DNA of 64,000 nt, taken from contig NC_043001.1 in NCBI RefSeq assembly GCF_006345805.1, forward strand, positions 41,540,001 to 41,604,000. Direction: 5' to 3'. Position numbers and translations under genes: made by a program. Position 1 is the stretch's first letter, and each line of letters starts with the position of its first letter. A model generated the notes under the pieces. The model was not told the DNA's origin, did not search any database, and was given only the letters and a program-made list of their open reading frames with translations. Shown here piece after piece: positions 24,400 through 38,198 of this stretch. The stretch is from Octopus sinensis (lineage: Eukaryota).

Positions 24400-27300
24400 A
24401 AGTCCTGGTGTTTTTGTTATGTATTTGTCTGAATATTTTTTTATCATGCCTAATGCACCTACTATGATAGGAATTGTTTGTTTTCAGATTCCACATTCTA
24501 GTTACCTCTATTTCCAGGTCTTTGTATTTTGAGAGTTTCTCCATTTCTTTTAGAGACACGTTGTCATCAGCCGGTATTGATACATCAATTAGAAAGCATT
24601 TTTTTCTTCATGATCTCTGACAACTATATCTGGTCTGTTGGCCTTAATTTCTCTATCTGTGTGTATCGGCATATCCCAGAGTATGGTTGCTTTCTCGTTT
24701 TCTGTGACCTTTTCTGGTGTGTGCCTATACCATCTTTTTTCTGTTGTTTTTCCATAATGTTGGCATAGCTTCCAATGTATGTAGGTTCCAACTCTGTCAT
24801 GTCTGTGAATATATTCCTTCTTAGCCAGGACTGGGCAGCTAGAGATAATATGATTTATTGTTTCTTGTCCATCTCCACATATTCTGCAGTTACTTGTAAT
24901 ATTTCTTTTCATTACATGTTTTTGGTAATTTCTGGTGGGGAGGCTTTGGTCTTGTGCTGCAATTAAAAATCCCTCTGTTTCTGCTTTGAGTCCTGAGCTT
25001 CTCAACCATTGCTGGGATTTTTCTTTGTCTATTTCTTTTGCGTTTAGTTTAGTCCAGTATTTACCATGAAGGGGCTTTTCTTGCCATCGTTTTATCATGG
25101 TTCGTTGCTGTTCTATTTTTAGTTTGGATTTCATTTGTTTTATAGCTTTTGTTGTTTCTTCATCTTCTTCTTCTTCTTCATGTTTATTAGGTGGTATGAT
25201 TTCTTGTTTGTATTTGTCAGCTTCCTTAAATACTGAGAACAGTTTTTTGTTTTGCTCGTGTTTTGCCGCTATCTGGATCAGTTTTCCTTCCTTCTGAAGT
25301 AGATATTTTTGCAGTCCTATGGTGGTTATTTTATAGTAGTTTTCCAGCTGTATAAGGCCTCTACCACCTTCTATACGTTGTATATATAGTCTTTCTATGT
25401 CAGATTTTGGGTGATGCATCCTAGATCCTGTCATTATTTTTCTTGTTTTCCTATCTATTTTGGTCAGTTCATTTCGTGTCCAGTTAAGGATATTGTAGCT
25501 GTAACTTATAACTGGGACAGCTAAAGTGTTGATACCTATTATCTTTTTAGCATTGAGCTCTGTGTTTAGTATTGATCTAACTCGTCTATAATATTCTTTT
25601 TTTATTTTCTCTTTCATTTGTGTGTGTTGTGTCTTATCTAGTTCATGGATTCCTAAGTATTTGTAAGTTTGGCTTTGGTCTAATTCTTTTATTTCATTGG
25701 TTTTATCTAGTGTGATGTTGTTACTCTTAACTAGTTTTCCTCTTTTCATGGTTACTTTGGCGCATTTTTCTAATCCAAATTTCATATCTATTTCTTTGGT
25801 AAATCCATGAACTGTCTTTAATAGTGTTTCCAGCTGTTTGTCATTTGCAGCGTATAGTTTTAGGTCATCCATATATAAAAGGTGGCTGATCGTTTTGCCG
25901 TAACATTTATATCCGCATCCAGTTCTATTTAGCATATCAGATAGAGGTGACAGTGCCAAGCAGAAAAGGAGTGGAGAGAGCGTGTCTCACTGGAATATTC
26001 CTCTTCTAATGGGGATGTCTTTGGTTTTCATAAGTCCCTCTTTTGTTTGGAGGTGTAGGACTGTTTGCCATTTATTCATAGAGTGCTCTATGAATTTTAT
26101 GATTGTTGGTGCTACTTTGTTAATGGCTAGTGTTTCGAGGATCCATGTGTGGGGGATGCTATCAAACGCCTTTTTGTAGTCAATCCAGGCCATACTGAGG
26201 CCTTTCTTCTTTCTGTGGCTGTCTTCAGTTATGGCTTTATTAATCATTAGTTGATCTTTACAGCCATATGAGCCTTTGCGGCATCCTTTCTGCTCTTCTG
26301 GGAACAGTTTGTTTTCGTCCAGGTGCTTGTTCAGCCTTTGTGATATCACTGCAGTAAATGCCTTGAACATAGTAGGGAGGCAGGTTATTGGTCTGTAGTT
26401 TTCTGGTTTTTCTGTTTCATTTGATTTGGGAATTAAGATGGTTTTCCCCTTCGTGAGCCATTCAGGCATTGTCTCTGGCTCTGCTAGTACTTTGTTAAAG
26501 TTTTCAGCCAGCTTTTTGTGCATTCCTGTTAGATATTTCAACCAGAAGTTGGGGATCTTGTCATGCCCAGGTGCCTTCCAGTTGCTTAGTCTTTGCAGTG
26601 CCTGGGTGACCTCTTCAGTTGTTATGGGGATCCAAAGTTGTTCAGATGCCGAGTTTGTTATTTTGATACTCCTTTTTTTGGTGGTTCATTCGCCGACCAT
26701 ATTTCTCTCCAGAATTCTTCCAATTCTTCTGCCGTTGATGCTGCAGTGACTTCTATTTTATTTTTGCCCAGTTCTTGGTAGAACTTTTGGGGGTTGGAGT
26801 TGAACTTTTTGTTTTGTTCAAAGAAGCGTTGGCGTTTCTCGTACCGGCGGATCCTTTGTGCTTTGGCAAGGATATCTTGCTTCAGCTTTTCTTTTATTTC
26901 AGGCAAATCTTTCTCTGTGATGTTATATTTGCGGAGTATTTTTGTTCTCTTTTTGTTGCTCAGTAGCGTTGATTGTTTGCTGATTTCATTAAGAATCGAC
27001 AGGTCTTTTCTAATTTTTTTTATTTTGTTTTGGATGTTATTTATCCACAGGGTTTGTTTGGGTGGTGGTACTCCTGTTTGGGCGGGTTTGGGTGAGTATC
27101 CAGCTTCTTTTGTGGCTGCAGTGGCTGCTGCGTATATTAGGTCATTCAGCTCAGTGATATCACTTTTTTTTGATTCAGTGGCTATCAGTTCAGTGACGGC
27201 TAGGTTTATGCTGTTTATAATAGGTGTTGTTATTTTGTTTATTTTGATTCTTGGGAGGTATGGTCGGTGGTCCATTTTGAGCTCTGTGGTTTTCAGTTCT

Positions 27301-27959
27301 TTGATTATTTTATTTTTTATATTATCATAATCATTAGGCTCCCCTTCGTTGTTTACATCGTGTTTGTTGGGAATGTTGCGTTTGTCTTCGTGTTTTACAG
27401 GTTCAGTGTTTATATTATTGGGCATTGTTGTGTGGCTTCTATCTACATTTTCCTGGTGTATGTTTTCTTTTAGGTGTTCTATTTCTATTTCTGATATTTT
27501 TTTTGTGTTGAGAATGTATCTTCGTACGTTAGCTAATTTATTAGGGTTCATTGCTGTATCCAAGTCTATATCTCTATTATTTTCCTTCCATATTTTATAT
27601 GTATGTGTTGTTGTATTTTCATTTTTTGGGTAGAGTATTGCTGTGAAGTATGCGTGTAAGATAGAAATGTATTCCTCACGTGTCCATTTACGTCTTTTGG
27701 GTTTTATTTGCGGGACATGAGGTACAACGTCCGGCCCATTATTTTGACGGTCATCATTTTCGTAGGGTACCGGTCCGTTTATTTCTGTTGTCACATTATT
27801 TCGCACGTGTAGTTTTTCGTACATTTTTTGTTGTAAGTTTAATGTACGTACCACTCGATTGTTATTCTTGGGTTGAATAGTATCGGTGGCATTTAGTTTC
27901 TTCGTAGTTCCTTTGTACATGGTGTTTGGGGTCGGGGATGATCGTGATGTTCCACGCAT
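24400..27959 (-). pseudogene. Dong single ORF with about three lesions (frameshift ~26690, in-frame TGA at ~25990, frameshift ~24600)
   Basis: The three ORF-track proteins join into one continuous R4/Dong protein when these lesions are corrected. Confidence 0.85.
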
Positions 27960-28148
27960 GTTTACATGTGTTGTGTTAGAGGTGGAGATGATATCGAGTC
28001 AAAATACATCATTTCGTTTCGAAAATAGTAATAAATTTCAATTAGTATTACTTACTCGGATACAGTCCAATTCTTTGTTAGTAAAACTTTGACTCCATAG
28101 GATGTCCTTGTTTTCGATGTTTGTGGATAGATTTCGGAGCTCTGAATT

Positions 28149-28284
28149 TTCCTTCTTACATCTTAAACGTCCCCCGGTGTTCCCCTTCTTACATCTTAAA
28201 CGTCCCCCGGTGTTCCCCCTTCTTACATCTTAAACGTCCCCCGGTGTTCCCCCTTCTTACATCTTAAACGTCCCCCGGTGTTCC

Positions 28285-28286
<2 letters not shown>
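28149..28286. repeat. Four tandem 33-bp units at the Dong 5' end
   Basis: Unit ttccccttcttacatcttaaacgtcccccggtg, period 33, no spacers. Confidence 0.95.
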
Positions 28287-28347
<61 letters not shown>

Positions 28348-28373
28348 GTTCTTGTTGTTATTATTGTTATTAT

Positions 28374-29230
28374 GTGATGAAAACTCGCAGCTTATTTTGC
28401 TGGGTATGACGGAAAGTGTCAGCTGTCCACAGCCAGCAGACTAAAGTGACACTTGTTTATTAGTCATGCTTCAAGAACCCTGTGAAGAATTCTTGCAGTT
28501 CCAAGCAATGCTAATTTTTGTAGGTGTTTTACCTTCACACTTGCACCAATCTTTTTCAGCAATGTTGGTAGTTGAGTGCTAATACTCCCATGAGCACCAA
28601 TTACTATTGGTATCATCTCTACTCTCCTCATTGACCACAACCTTCATACTTCCCATTTCAAATCGTCGTTGTCGTTTATTTTTTCTTCTTCTTTCTTTCT
28701 GATCCTGTTGTCACCAGAGCATGCTATGTCAATTATCACGCTTGTTCTTTCATTTTTATTCACCACAACAATGTCCAATTTCTGATGTCTGGTCTGGTGA
28801 TCACAATGAATCATTGCATCCTGCAAGATTTTGAAATTCTCATTCTCAGTGACACCTTCTGGGGTTTTCTCATACCACATCATTTCTCTTTGTAGGCCAT
28901 GATTTCCACAGAGCTCCCAATGGATCATTCTTGCCACATTGTCATGTCTTTTGTGCCAATTTGTGTCAGTTTCAGGTATTTCTTAATGATGTGCCATACC
29001 ATTTCATCCCTCTCACCACACATTCTGCACTTGTTGCGGTCAGTCATGTTGTCTATTCTGCACTTCACATAGTTACTCCTTAATATTTGTTCTTGAGCTG
29101 CGTGTATGAGTGCTTCTGTCTCTATCTTCATGTCACTCCTCCTCATCCATAACCACCAGTCTTCTGTATCGTTCTTGTCATTCACATCTCTTGCAAATTA
29201 ACCGTACATTTTTTTCTCTTTGCATGTTGT
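28374..29230 (-). mobile_element. Older 5'-truncated R4/Dong 3' fragment
   Basis: ETEALIHAAQEQ, CRMCGERDE, IHWELC, KLDIVVV, IDIAC, ALLGTARILHRVLEA*. Its (TAA)n tail is 28288-28373. Confidence 0.85.
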
Positions 29231-32085
29231 TAGGGTGAGCAACAATATAGAGGTTCCTTTGTCAGTCCATCTTATTAGGCTGAGGGTAGTGAAAGTGTTA
29301 ATAATGTTGAGTATTTTATTAAATACATTACAGTTTTTAGTGTTATTCCTTTATGCTCAGAGAGTACCCCGCTTCTAGGATGAGCATAAAAATTTCCATC
29401 CCTGTTGGGGATATATACAGTAATAAGTACCAGTTATTGTTTAGCCCTAGATCAACTCTGATTGAGCAAACCTATGATCCAATGTATTTGACATGTGACT
29501 ATTCCATCTTTTTTGTATATCTAGTACTACATTGCCAATTTGTGCTTCATGTTTCAAGATAGGAAGGAAATTTAGCTGCCAGCATGTCAAGCAAATGTAT
29601 ACAAGGCTTCCACATTGGTTTGATAAGTACCAGTAATATTCTATAATTGATTTGATTGACAATAAATTATTATTTCTGGGTACTGTTCCTTGGTGTAAAA
29701 TGCTACACAATGATTCAGTAATAAATAAACAAATGTCATTAAGATAACTACTGAGGAAACGACTTTTCATCATCTTCACCAGTTTAATGTCCACTTTTCC
29801 ATGCTTACACAGGTCAGATAGAATTGTGTAGGAGTAAATACAAAAGTAATTGACATATGGTGTTAAGTATTGAGGAAATGGTTATATGAATGAAAATGTT
29901 GAGCTTATTCACTAAGGCAAAAGCTATCTAATGGCCTTTGTTTCTTTCTCTTTTAAGAAATGGCTATATGACAGTAGCTGATGAAATAATAACTAGCTGA
30001 TGCTATGAACTGGTTACTTAATAATAGCTAGAGATTCAATTAACATAATTGTATCCCTATATGTATATGATTGTATCCTTACATTGAAAAACCCATGACT
30101 ATCAGAGAACACATTCATATTCAAATCATATAGAGATATCAGATTTATAAGAAGCCAGAAAATGAGGCTGTGTTACATTAAATTTTGTCTCAAATGTATT
30201 AGTAATATAATTGAAATGACATTTAAAAATTAAATCTGAGTCGCTGGGCCAGCTCAACAAAAACACGCTTCTTCTTCACATCTTTTAAAACTTCAGCAAG
30301 CAGTATATGCAAATTGTTGCCTGTTTATTTTTGTATAGATGAGGTTTCATCTCCAAAGTTAAATCTAATATTTATCTAAATATAATTTTGATATTTTGTC
30401 TTTTAAACTGAGAAGCTGTTTTTACAGTTTTAAGCTTGTAGCATATTCAACTTTAAATTGATGTAAATGAAATCTAATCTATATTCCTCCTTAAGTTTGA
30501 TTTAGTTATATGCAGAAAATAAGTTATGGCCTTGGGTATTCAGCCTGTTAACCAGGGCAAGGAGGGACACACATACATACAAATATCAAATGTAATATTA
30601 TTAAATATTACATTTATAGAGTACATATAAGTATAGATTTATGTGTCAGTTTTCTTTATGATTATTTCTGGTTGAATATCCTGAAATAAAATTGTATCTC
30701 TCTATGTGTAACTTGACAAAGTTTTGTGAGATATTTATTTAAAAGTCTATTTTGCTTAAATTTAATATTTTCAGACATAAATCTGTTATTATTGAAGTTA
30801 GAATGCTTGTACACTTAAAACTAAGATTTCATGTACACAATTAATGCATATTTAAATATCAAATGGGATCAGTTGTAAGTATTAGATATGACCTACATGT
30901 ATATATGAATATATAATAAAATTCTATCTTGTTCCCTGTTAAATAAATGGAAGTCTAGGAAGAGAGGAATTCTATGCCAATGTTGGCATTTGCAATGCAT
31001 AAATGAAATTAGTTACCAATGAAAGTACTTGGATTCCAGCTGAGATGTTATTGTGAGTGGCATGGAGATATCCAAATATGTGATAGACAGTATCAGATAT
31101 GATCCAGAGTTCTTCAATATCAACAACAAAATTGAGAGAATTCAGAAAGAGGATACAACTATTCCAAGTTGCTCTATAGTAAATTGGTAGTGGCGTTATT
31201 AGTGGTGGTGGTGGTTGTAGTTGTTGCTTAGCCCTAAGTGTGCTCTCATCAAATGGACCAACAGTCAAGATGTTTTAGTTGTCTGTGACTATACTATCTT
31301 TTATTCAGACACTATATACTAACACTACATTAGCCAAAGTTTTCTTCCTTTTCAAAGAAGATAGGAAAACTTGACTATTATTTCAAGTAGGCTAAATGAC
31401 CACACAGAAGTTGTGGATTTAGTAGTAGTAGTGGTGGTGGTGGTGGTGGTAGCAGCAGTAGTAGTAGTAGTAAGAGGAACGGTATTAGCAGTGTAGTCTA
31501 ACACCAATTTTCGTTATGGTTTTTTTTCTTCTTTTTCTCTTCTCTCCTCCAAATGAAAATAAATTTCTCTGACAATTTCTTGTCATCTGAGCATCATTAA
31601 ATTGTTTCTGAAATCAACAATATTTTGTGAATATTTCGTCTTTTGATTTTCTCATTATTTTCTCCAAATGATATTATCGAACACTGAAATTATACTAACT
31701 CAGTGACTTATAAATTTTGATGCTCCTTTCAGCTAATTAAAATTTAAAGCCTTAAACACACATTCAGAGATTAAATTGAATTTAACACCTTCATTATTTC
31801 ATTATTAATGAAAACTAAATGAGAGGCAAAGGAAAAAGGGAAAAAAGTTTCTAAATGGAGAAAATTTGACATTATACATTTCAATTAGTAATACTAATAA
31901 TTCTAAGCATTTGCATATGTGCATGCATGCATGCTTTGTGTGTGTGTGTGTGCGTGTGTGCATGTGTATGTGTTTAGGTGTGTGTGTGTTTATGTGCATG
32001 TATGTGTCTGTACATATGTATGTGTGTGTGTCTGTATATATATGTATGTATGTATCTACCAATCTTTCTATGTGTATGTGTATGT

Positions 32086-32138
<53 letters not shown>

Positions 32139-32209
32139 GTTTTGTTTATTTCTGAAGCAGTAAACATTTCTTTTGTATAAAAATGAATATATACTTGAAT
32201 ATGATATAT

Positions 32210-32440
32210 GTTCAATGCTTATGGCATATAAACTGACCATATCTGGCCCAAATATTCTACATGTTTTATGATCAAACTGACCAGATACAGCCTTTCCAAC
32301 TTACTCTATAATATCATTCTAAGAATAAAGCAATCACATCCTTGAAATCTTTAAGTTACTGGATAATGCATAAAACAATTGTGAAAAAAACAAACAAAGC
32401 ATTACATTTGACACATTAATCTGAATGTTAAAGGTTTAAA
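32210..32440. mobile_element. Degenerate piggyBac-type MITE copy
   Basis: Internal sequence similar to 53798-54010, and a right end aatgttaaaggtttaa. Confidence 0.55.
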
Positions 32441-32464
32441 TCTTCCAGAAGGATCAGAGATCCA

Positions 32465-32790
32465 TTTTAAGCAAGGAAAATTCTTCAAAATAAAGAATAA
32501 CTTTACCTTTGCATCTGAAAACCTTATTTATATAACATGTGCAGGGTGCAAAGAAAACTATATAGGCCAAACTAGGATATCCTTAATACTATGCATAACT
32601 CTGCATAGATCACAAATTCATATACCAGAGTACAGAGAAATAGACACATGTGCTACCAAATATTATTTTCCCTTTCTATCAATTGACTTGTGGCATATTG
32701 CAACAGCAACACATCAACAAAGAACCAACTTTCACAAGGAAATACCAAAAACTTCTTAACACTTTGATCACAATAGGAGAGAACAGATAA
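32465..32790 (+). pseudogene. PLE GIY-YIG endonuclease fragment
   Basis: FKIKNNFTFASENLIYITCAGCKENYIGQT..LHRSQI. Confidence 0.75.
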
Positions 32791-33195
32791 CTATTAGAAA
32801 AGCTGCTGCTGCTACGACTACTACTGACACCACCACCAAACAACTTCTCCCACAATTACAAGGCATTCTTAAATATCAACATTGTCATTAAGGAACAAAA
32901 GATAACTACCACTGCTAAAACTTGTAACACTGCCATTATGACCCAGCAACCATCAGAATACCAACAACCACTATCCTCTGAATTTTATAAGAAAAACATG
33001 AGAACTTTCAAAACAGCTATCATGAAAGATTAATTTGATTTAATTCAATTAATTTTTTCTTTACTTATTACATGACTAAATTGTCTTAAACAATTGAAAA
33101 AGGTACCATATTTTCATGGAATGTAAATTTTTTCTTCATTTTATTCACAAGAAAGTTTGCAAAGCATTTTCTTTTGTTTTAATATATATTCGTTT

Positions 33196-33596
33196 ATTCT
33201 TTTACTTGTTTCAGTCATTTGACTGCAGCCATGTTGGAGCACCACCTTTAGTTGAGCAAATTGACCCCAGGACTTATTCTTTTAAGCCTAGTACTTATTC
33301 TATCTGTCTTTTTTGCTGAACCACTAAGTTACAGGGACATAAACACACCAGCATCGGTTGTCAAGCGATGTTGGAGGAACAAACACAGACACACAAACAT
33401 ATACACACACATACATATTTACATACATATATACGATTAGCTTCTTTTACTTTCCGTCTACCAAATCCACTCAAAAGGCTTTGATCGGCCTGAGGCTATA
33501 GTAGAAGACACTTGCCCAAGGTGCCATGCAGTGGGACTGAACCCAGAACCATGTGGTTGGTAAGTAAGCTACTTACCACACAGCCACTCCTGTGCC
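33196..33596 (-). mobile_element. Full composite SINE
   Basis: Same head, microsatellite and type-1 tail as 16027-16440. Confidence 0.9.
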
Positions 33597-33606
33597 TATA
33601 TATATA

Positions 33607-34370
33607 CATGATGCGATGGGTAAATTGTTACCATTTTATATTTTTAATTTGACACATGCACATTGTTCATTTTTGATTTTGTCAACAACACAATATAGTA
33701 GGGTTAGTAAGGCAGCGTCTGTGAGAAAAACAGCACTATGAGACAATTCACTCTGCCACAAATTTGGAAATGACATGCTGTGCTGCTTGGAATTCACACC
33801 AAAAGCTCCATTATGAACATTTCAGAGTGTTTGGGTGTCAATCTGAGGACAGTACATGTACTGAGAGATATAAAAATCAAACATTCAATTAACATCATGG
33901 TGTTTGGAGTGATCACTAGTGATGGCGACGTTATACCTCCATTTATCTTCCCACATGGCCTCAGACTCAACTCGGAGGCCTACATTAAGTACCTGGAGGA
34001 GGTAGTGCTGCTCTGGGTCAAGAGGATGGCTGAGGGAAGACCCTATGTCTGGCAACAGGACTCTGCTCCATGCCCCACGAGCAGGAGACCCCATTCATGG
34101 CTGCCAGACAATTTCTGTGACCACATCACCCCTAACATCTGGCCACCTAACTCCTCAGACTGCAACCCCTTGATTATTATGTGTGGGACACAGTTAAGTG
34201 AGAGACCAACAAAACTCCTTGTAACACCAAAGATGACTGAGGGCAAGGATTATGGTCGCATTCACCAATTTAAACAAGACCATCCAGAAGAATTGTAGGA
34301 GGCTCCAAAGTTGTCTGGAGGCTGTTGTTGAAGCCAATGGCAATTTTATTAAATAAATTTACTCTTTATT
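33607..34370 (+). mobile_element. Internally deleted maT/mariner-like element
   Basis: Left end catgatgcgatgggtaaattgttacc. ORF with VFGVITSDG, WQQDSAPC and IWPPNSSDCNPL. Homologous to 60589-61492. Confidence 0.85.
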
Positions 34371-34962
34371 ATTTCTAACCTGCATATATATATATATATC
34401 TTTCCCTTCCTTTTTCTAGTACCATTCTTTTGTCTTAAACCCAATGTAACTCAATCCATCCCTGTCCATCCATTTACTTCCCCTACAAATTTTGTTTTGT
34501 TTTTTTATCAACAGTTATTTGTCTACATTTGCAAATTCTTATTATAGAAAAATAATGGTAACTGAAAATTGTTGCAATGTTTCATTCCCTAAACCAAACG
34601 AGCATATAACAACATGACAGCCAAAATTCAGGATCTTTAGCAAGACACAACTTTATGCATGGATGTGCCTGATGAGACCCAGACTGTAAAATAGATGCAA
34701 CACACGTTGAATAGTCTCCAGCCAAATAAGGGACAATGGCAGGATGGGTTGAAACAACCGTTGTACAAAATAAAGATTAATACCAAATCCATCTTCTGGT
34801 TACTTAAGAAATTATTATTATTATCTCATCTAACACTGAGCAGTTCCCGAAGTAGATCTAATGGAAACATACCCTGACTACAGATGACATTAGGTAGCCC
34901 AAACTGTGCCAGTGCTCTACTCAACACTTCAACATGCTAATCAACATATACCCATTAGGCCA

Positions 34963-35112
34963 TAAGTAGCTTGCTTACCAACCACATGGTTCTAGGTTCA
35001 TTCCCACTGAGTGGCACCTTGGGCAAGTGTCTTCTACTATAGCCTTGGGCTGACCAAAGCCTTGTGAGTGGATTTGGTAGATGTAAACTGAAAGAAACCC
35101 GTCGTATATATG

Positions 35113-35195
<83 letters not shown>

Positions 35196-35396
35196 TTGTG
35201 TGTCTGTGTTTGTCTCCTCAACATCGCTTGACAACTGATGATGGTGTGTTTATGTCCCCGTAATTTAGCAGTTCAGCAAAAGAGACCGATAGAATAAGTA
35301 CTAGGCTTACAAAGAATAAGTCCTGGGGTCAATTTGCTCGAATAAAGGTGGTGCTCCAGAATGGCCACAGTCACATGACTGAAACAAGTAAAAGAG

Positions 35397-35397
<1 letters not shown>
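34963..35397 (+). mobile_element. Composite SINE (slightly 5'-truncated)
   Basis: Head, (TA)(TG) tract and type-1 tail ending gtaaaagag. Confidence 0.9.
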
Positions 35398-35427
<30 letters not shown>

Positions 35428-35502
35428 AAATGTAGTATTATATATTACATAATGATTTGAGACATGTATTAAATGCTTTCAAAATATTATTTGGTTTGAC
35501 TA

Positions 35503-35645
35503 AGGTAGCAAGCTGGCAGAATCATTAGTATGCTGGACGAAATTCTTAACGGTATTTCGCCCATCACTACATTCTGAGTTCAAATTCTGCCGAGGTCTTT
35601 CATCCTTTTAGGATCAATAAATTATGTACTCCCCCTCCCCCAAAA
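35503..35645 (+). mobile_element. Second-family tRNA-derived SINE, truncated
   Basis: agctggcagaatcattag..ctgagttcaaattctgccgaggtc. Confidence 0.7.
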
Positions 35646-36229
35646 ATGGCTACTCTTGTGGTAAAATTTGAAACCATTATTTGGTTTAACTTCATCATTA
35701 TATATGAGTGTGTGTGTGTGTGTGTGGTGTGTGTGTGTGTATTAGTATAAATACAATGAACAACAAAAAAGGACAATGCTGAACATAGGAGGAACAAATT
35801 TTGACATAAAAGGTATTAACTTAACACTTTAATGTGAAGTAAATTCCAAACTATACCTGAAATATTGATATCACTATATTGTAGTAGCACAACTAGCTCC
35901 AACAAGTCCTACACATGAAGTCATTAGTGTTCCTGAGATCAATAAGAATATCAATTGCATTACTTCAGAAATTGCAATGTTGCTGAAATATTAAAGAACA
36001 AAACTATTCAATAATGAAACTATTGTTAATACCTTCATTCTTGGCATGTCTTCTTTATGTCAATCATGGGAAAATTACAACAACAAATGAAAAATTATAT
36101 CACTATATTGAATAGTATGCTTGGAATTTAGACTGGAAAGAGAAAACAGCAAAACAATTGTTTAACTGTTGCAATCACCAGGCTATATTATTTGCATATC
36201 AGAAATAAAACTTATTTATAAGTAACTAT

Positions 36230-37215
36230 TAAAAATGATATGACAATTTCACTTTTGATGAGGCTTTTTTCTTGATTATTGAATAATTTTTTCATATAAG
36301 GTCTCAGAAAACTTCAATATGCTTCCTTTAAATTATTCAATGTACCATTGATTTTTGTATCATCTTCATCTGCAGCTTTGAGTACAACAAATCAATTTTA
36401 ATTTTTAATTTTCAATTCATCATTTAACTTCATAGTATCAAACCTAATAATCCTTTCATCCTGTTCTTTAGCCTTAACTTCAACTGAATTGGCCTTATTA
36501 TCAATTGATGATTACACCTTAATATGATGTAACACCAAACTGAATTTTTTTTTAACATTTCTGATTTGTCATAGTTTGATCTATTTGATTAAGATATTTG
36601 TGAATATCCTTGTGCTTAAAAAAGTGTCTCTACCAACGATGTAATTGTTGGAGCCACAAAAGCTAGTCAATCTTCATTATTTCCATTGGCTTCTCCAAGC
36701 CCATGCATATATGATGTCTATTTCATGCCTTCTTTGCTAAAACCATACTTTTACTTCAGATCACCAACTCCAATTTTCATATATCTTGCTAGAATAATAT
36801 GTATCTTGCAACAGTTAGCAGAAAGAATCTTTCTCCTCATCAGCTGTACTATTTATTGGTAAGTAACAAACAGTAATTCTGAAGTTGCATTACTTAGCTT
36901 TAAGTTTCACTCAAAGTATTCTGCCATCAGATAATACACTTGAAGCCTTTTTTTCTTTTTTATCTTAGAATCAAGCTGCTTCAATCTCTTTTAGAGATTG
37001 AAAAGGTATTGTTTTCCATCAAAATTTAATCCCATCTTCCAAATCAGTTTCACTTAGGGTCAGCATATTAGTTTTGGATTGATTAATTACCTTCTCTATC
37101 TGTCTCAACCTACCCTCATGCCATATTGTTTGAATATTCCATTTTCCAATACATACTTTAATATTTGTATTTAAAACCCCAAAGATTCTTAACACCTCTG
37201 ATTGCCCAATACCAG
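36230..37215 (-). pseudogene. RTE-clade LINE AP-endonuclease relic
   Basis: IGKWNIQTI..LSET, VCYLPINSTADEEKDSF and GVGDL match the APE motifs GTWNV, SET, YAP and GDLN. Confidence 0.65.
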
Positions 37216-37339
37216 ACAACTATTAATTTATTTCTTTTATAGTTTTATTATTGGTATTCTAAATCTATAAAGGAATCATTGGCGTTGTACCTTAGTGATT
37301 AAGCCTATAACATATTAGGTACAATTCCCAGATTTGGGT

Positions 37340-37830
37340 AGATAAGCCCTTTAAAAATAAGCATCTGAAGTTGCATCAAGAGGTGCTGATCTCTAATTGT
37401 AGAGGGAATATGTGGAAAGAGTAGACCCAGGGAGACATGGGATGAAGTAGGAAGAAAGGCTCTACAAACGCTTGGACTCACAGAGGGGATGAACAGGGGA
37501 TTGAGACTCTTGGCAGTTTGCTGTGCTTGAAAAGACACATCAAGCTAAGTAAAAGCATAGTTGCCCTTGCATACAGGTTCATCCCTTGCAACCCATTCCA
37601 GCTGAGCACACCTAATCTTGTGGACTCATAATTGCTGGTGCCACAAAAAAGCACATGTACTGGTGCTGCATAAAAGCACCCAGTACACTCTGCAAAGTTG
37701 TTGGTGTTAGGAAGGGCATCCAGCTATAGAAACCATGCCAAAACAGACATGAAGCAGGTCGATTTCTGTCAAACTGTCAAACCTATGCCAGCTTGGAAAA
37801 CGGATGTTAAATGATGATGATGATGATAAT
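37340..37830 (+). mobile_element. RTE LINE 3' end
   Basis: gtagacccagggagacatgggatgaagt, then tgttaggaagggcatccagct and a gatgttaaatgatgatg tail. Confidence 0.75.
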
Positions 37831-38164
37831 CTGAAGATTTCACTGGAGATACAGTCTGTTGCATATCACAGTGAACTTCATCAACATCACTCTACATTCA
37901 GAGATACTTCTGTATCTTGTTTAACCATCAGCCAAAGCTATTACATGGGACACTACGTGGGGGTTAGGACATAAAATATGTTAGGTGACTAAAGCCTGGT
38001 TCTTCTCCTTTAACATGAGAGAGGCTAGTAGCCATAAAGGTGTAATTACCATTCAACTTCTACATTCTGTATGTGTGAATGTCATCATCATCATCATCAT
38101 CAACATCCATTTTTCATGTACATGCAAACATACATCTACATACATGTTATATACACATATACGT

Positions 38165-38198
<34 letters not shown>

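Larger units (their letters stand above)
24246..28287 (-). mobile_element. Full-length R4/Dong-clade non-LTR retrotransposon (RT, CCHC finger, restriction-like endonuclease)
   Basis: ORF pieces 27959-26658, 26541-25987 and 25959-24589. Motifs YRPITCL, WIDYKKAFDS, GIFQ*DTLSPLLF, LYMDDLKL, CRICG..ETINHIISSC, RHD, NRPDIV. (TAA)n on both sides. Confidence 0.95.

Noticed and set aside
28149-28286. 33-bp direct repeats resembling a CRISPR array
   Set aside because: The units are contiguous with no spacers, there are no cas genes, and the context is a eukaryotic retrotransposon.
31062-31190. Short protein-like ORF MEISKYVIDSIRYDPEFFNINNKIERIQKEDTTIPS
   Set aside because: It is only 42 aa, with no family recognised and no splice context.
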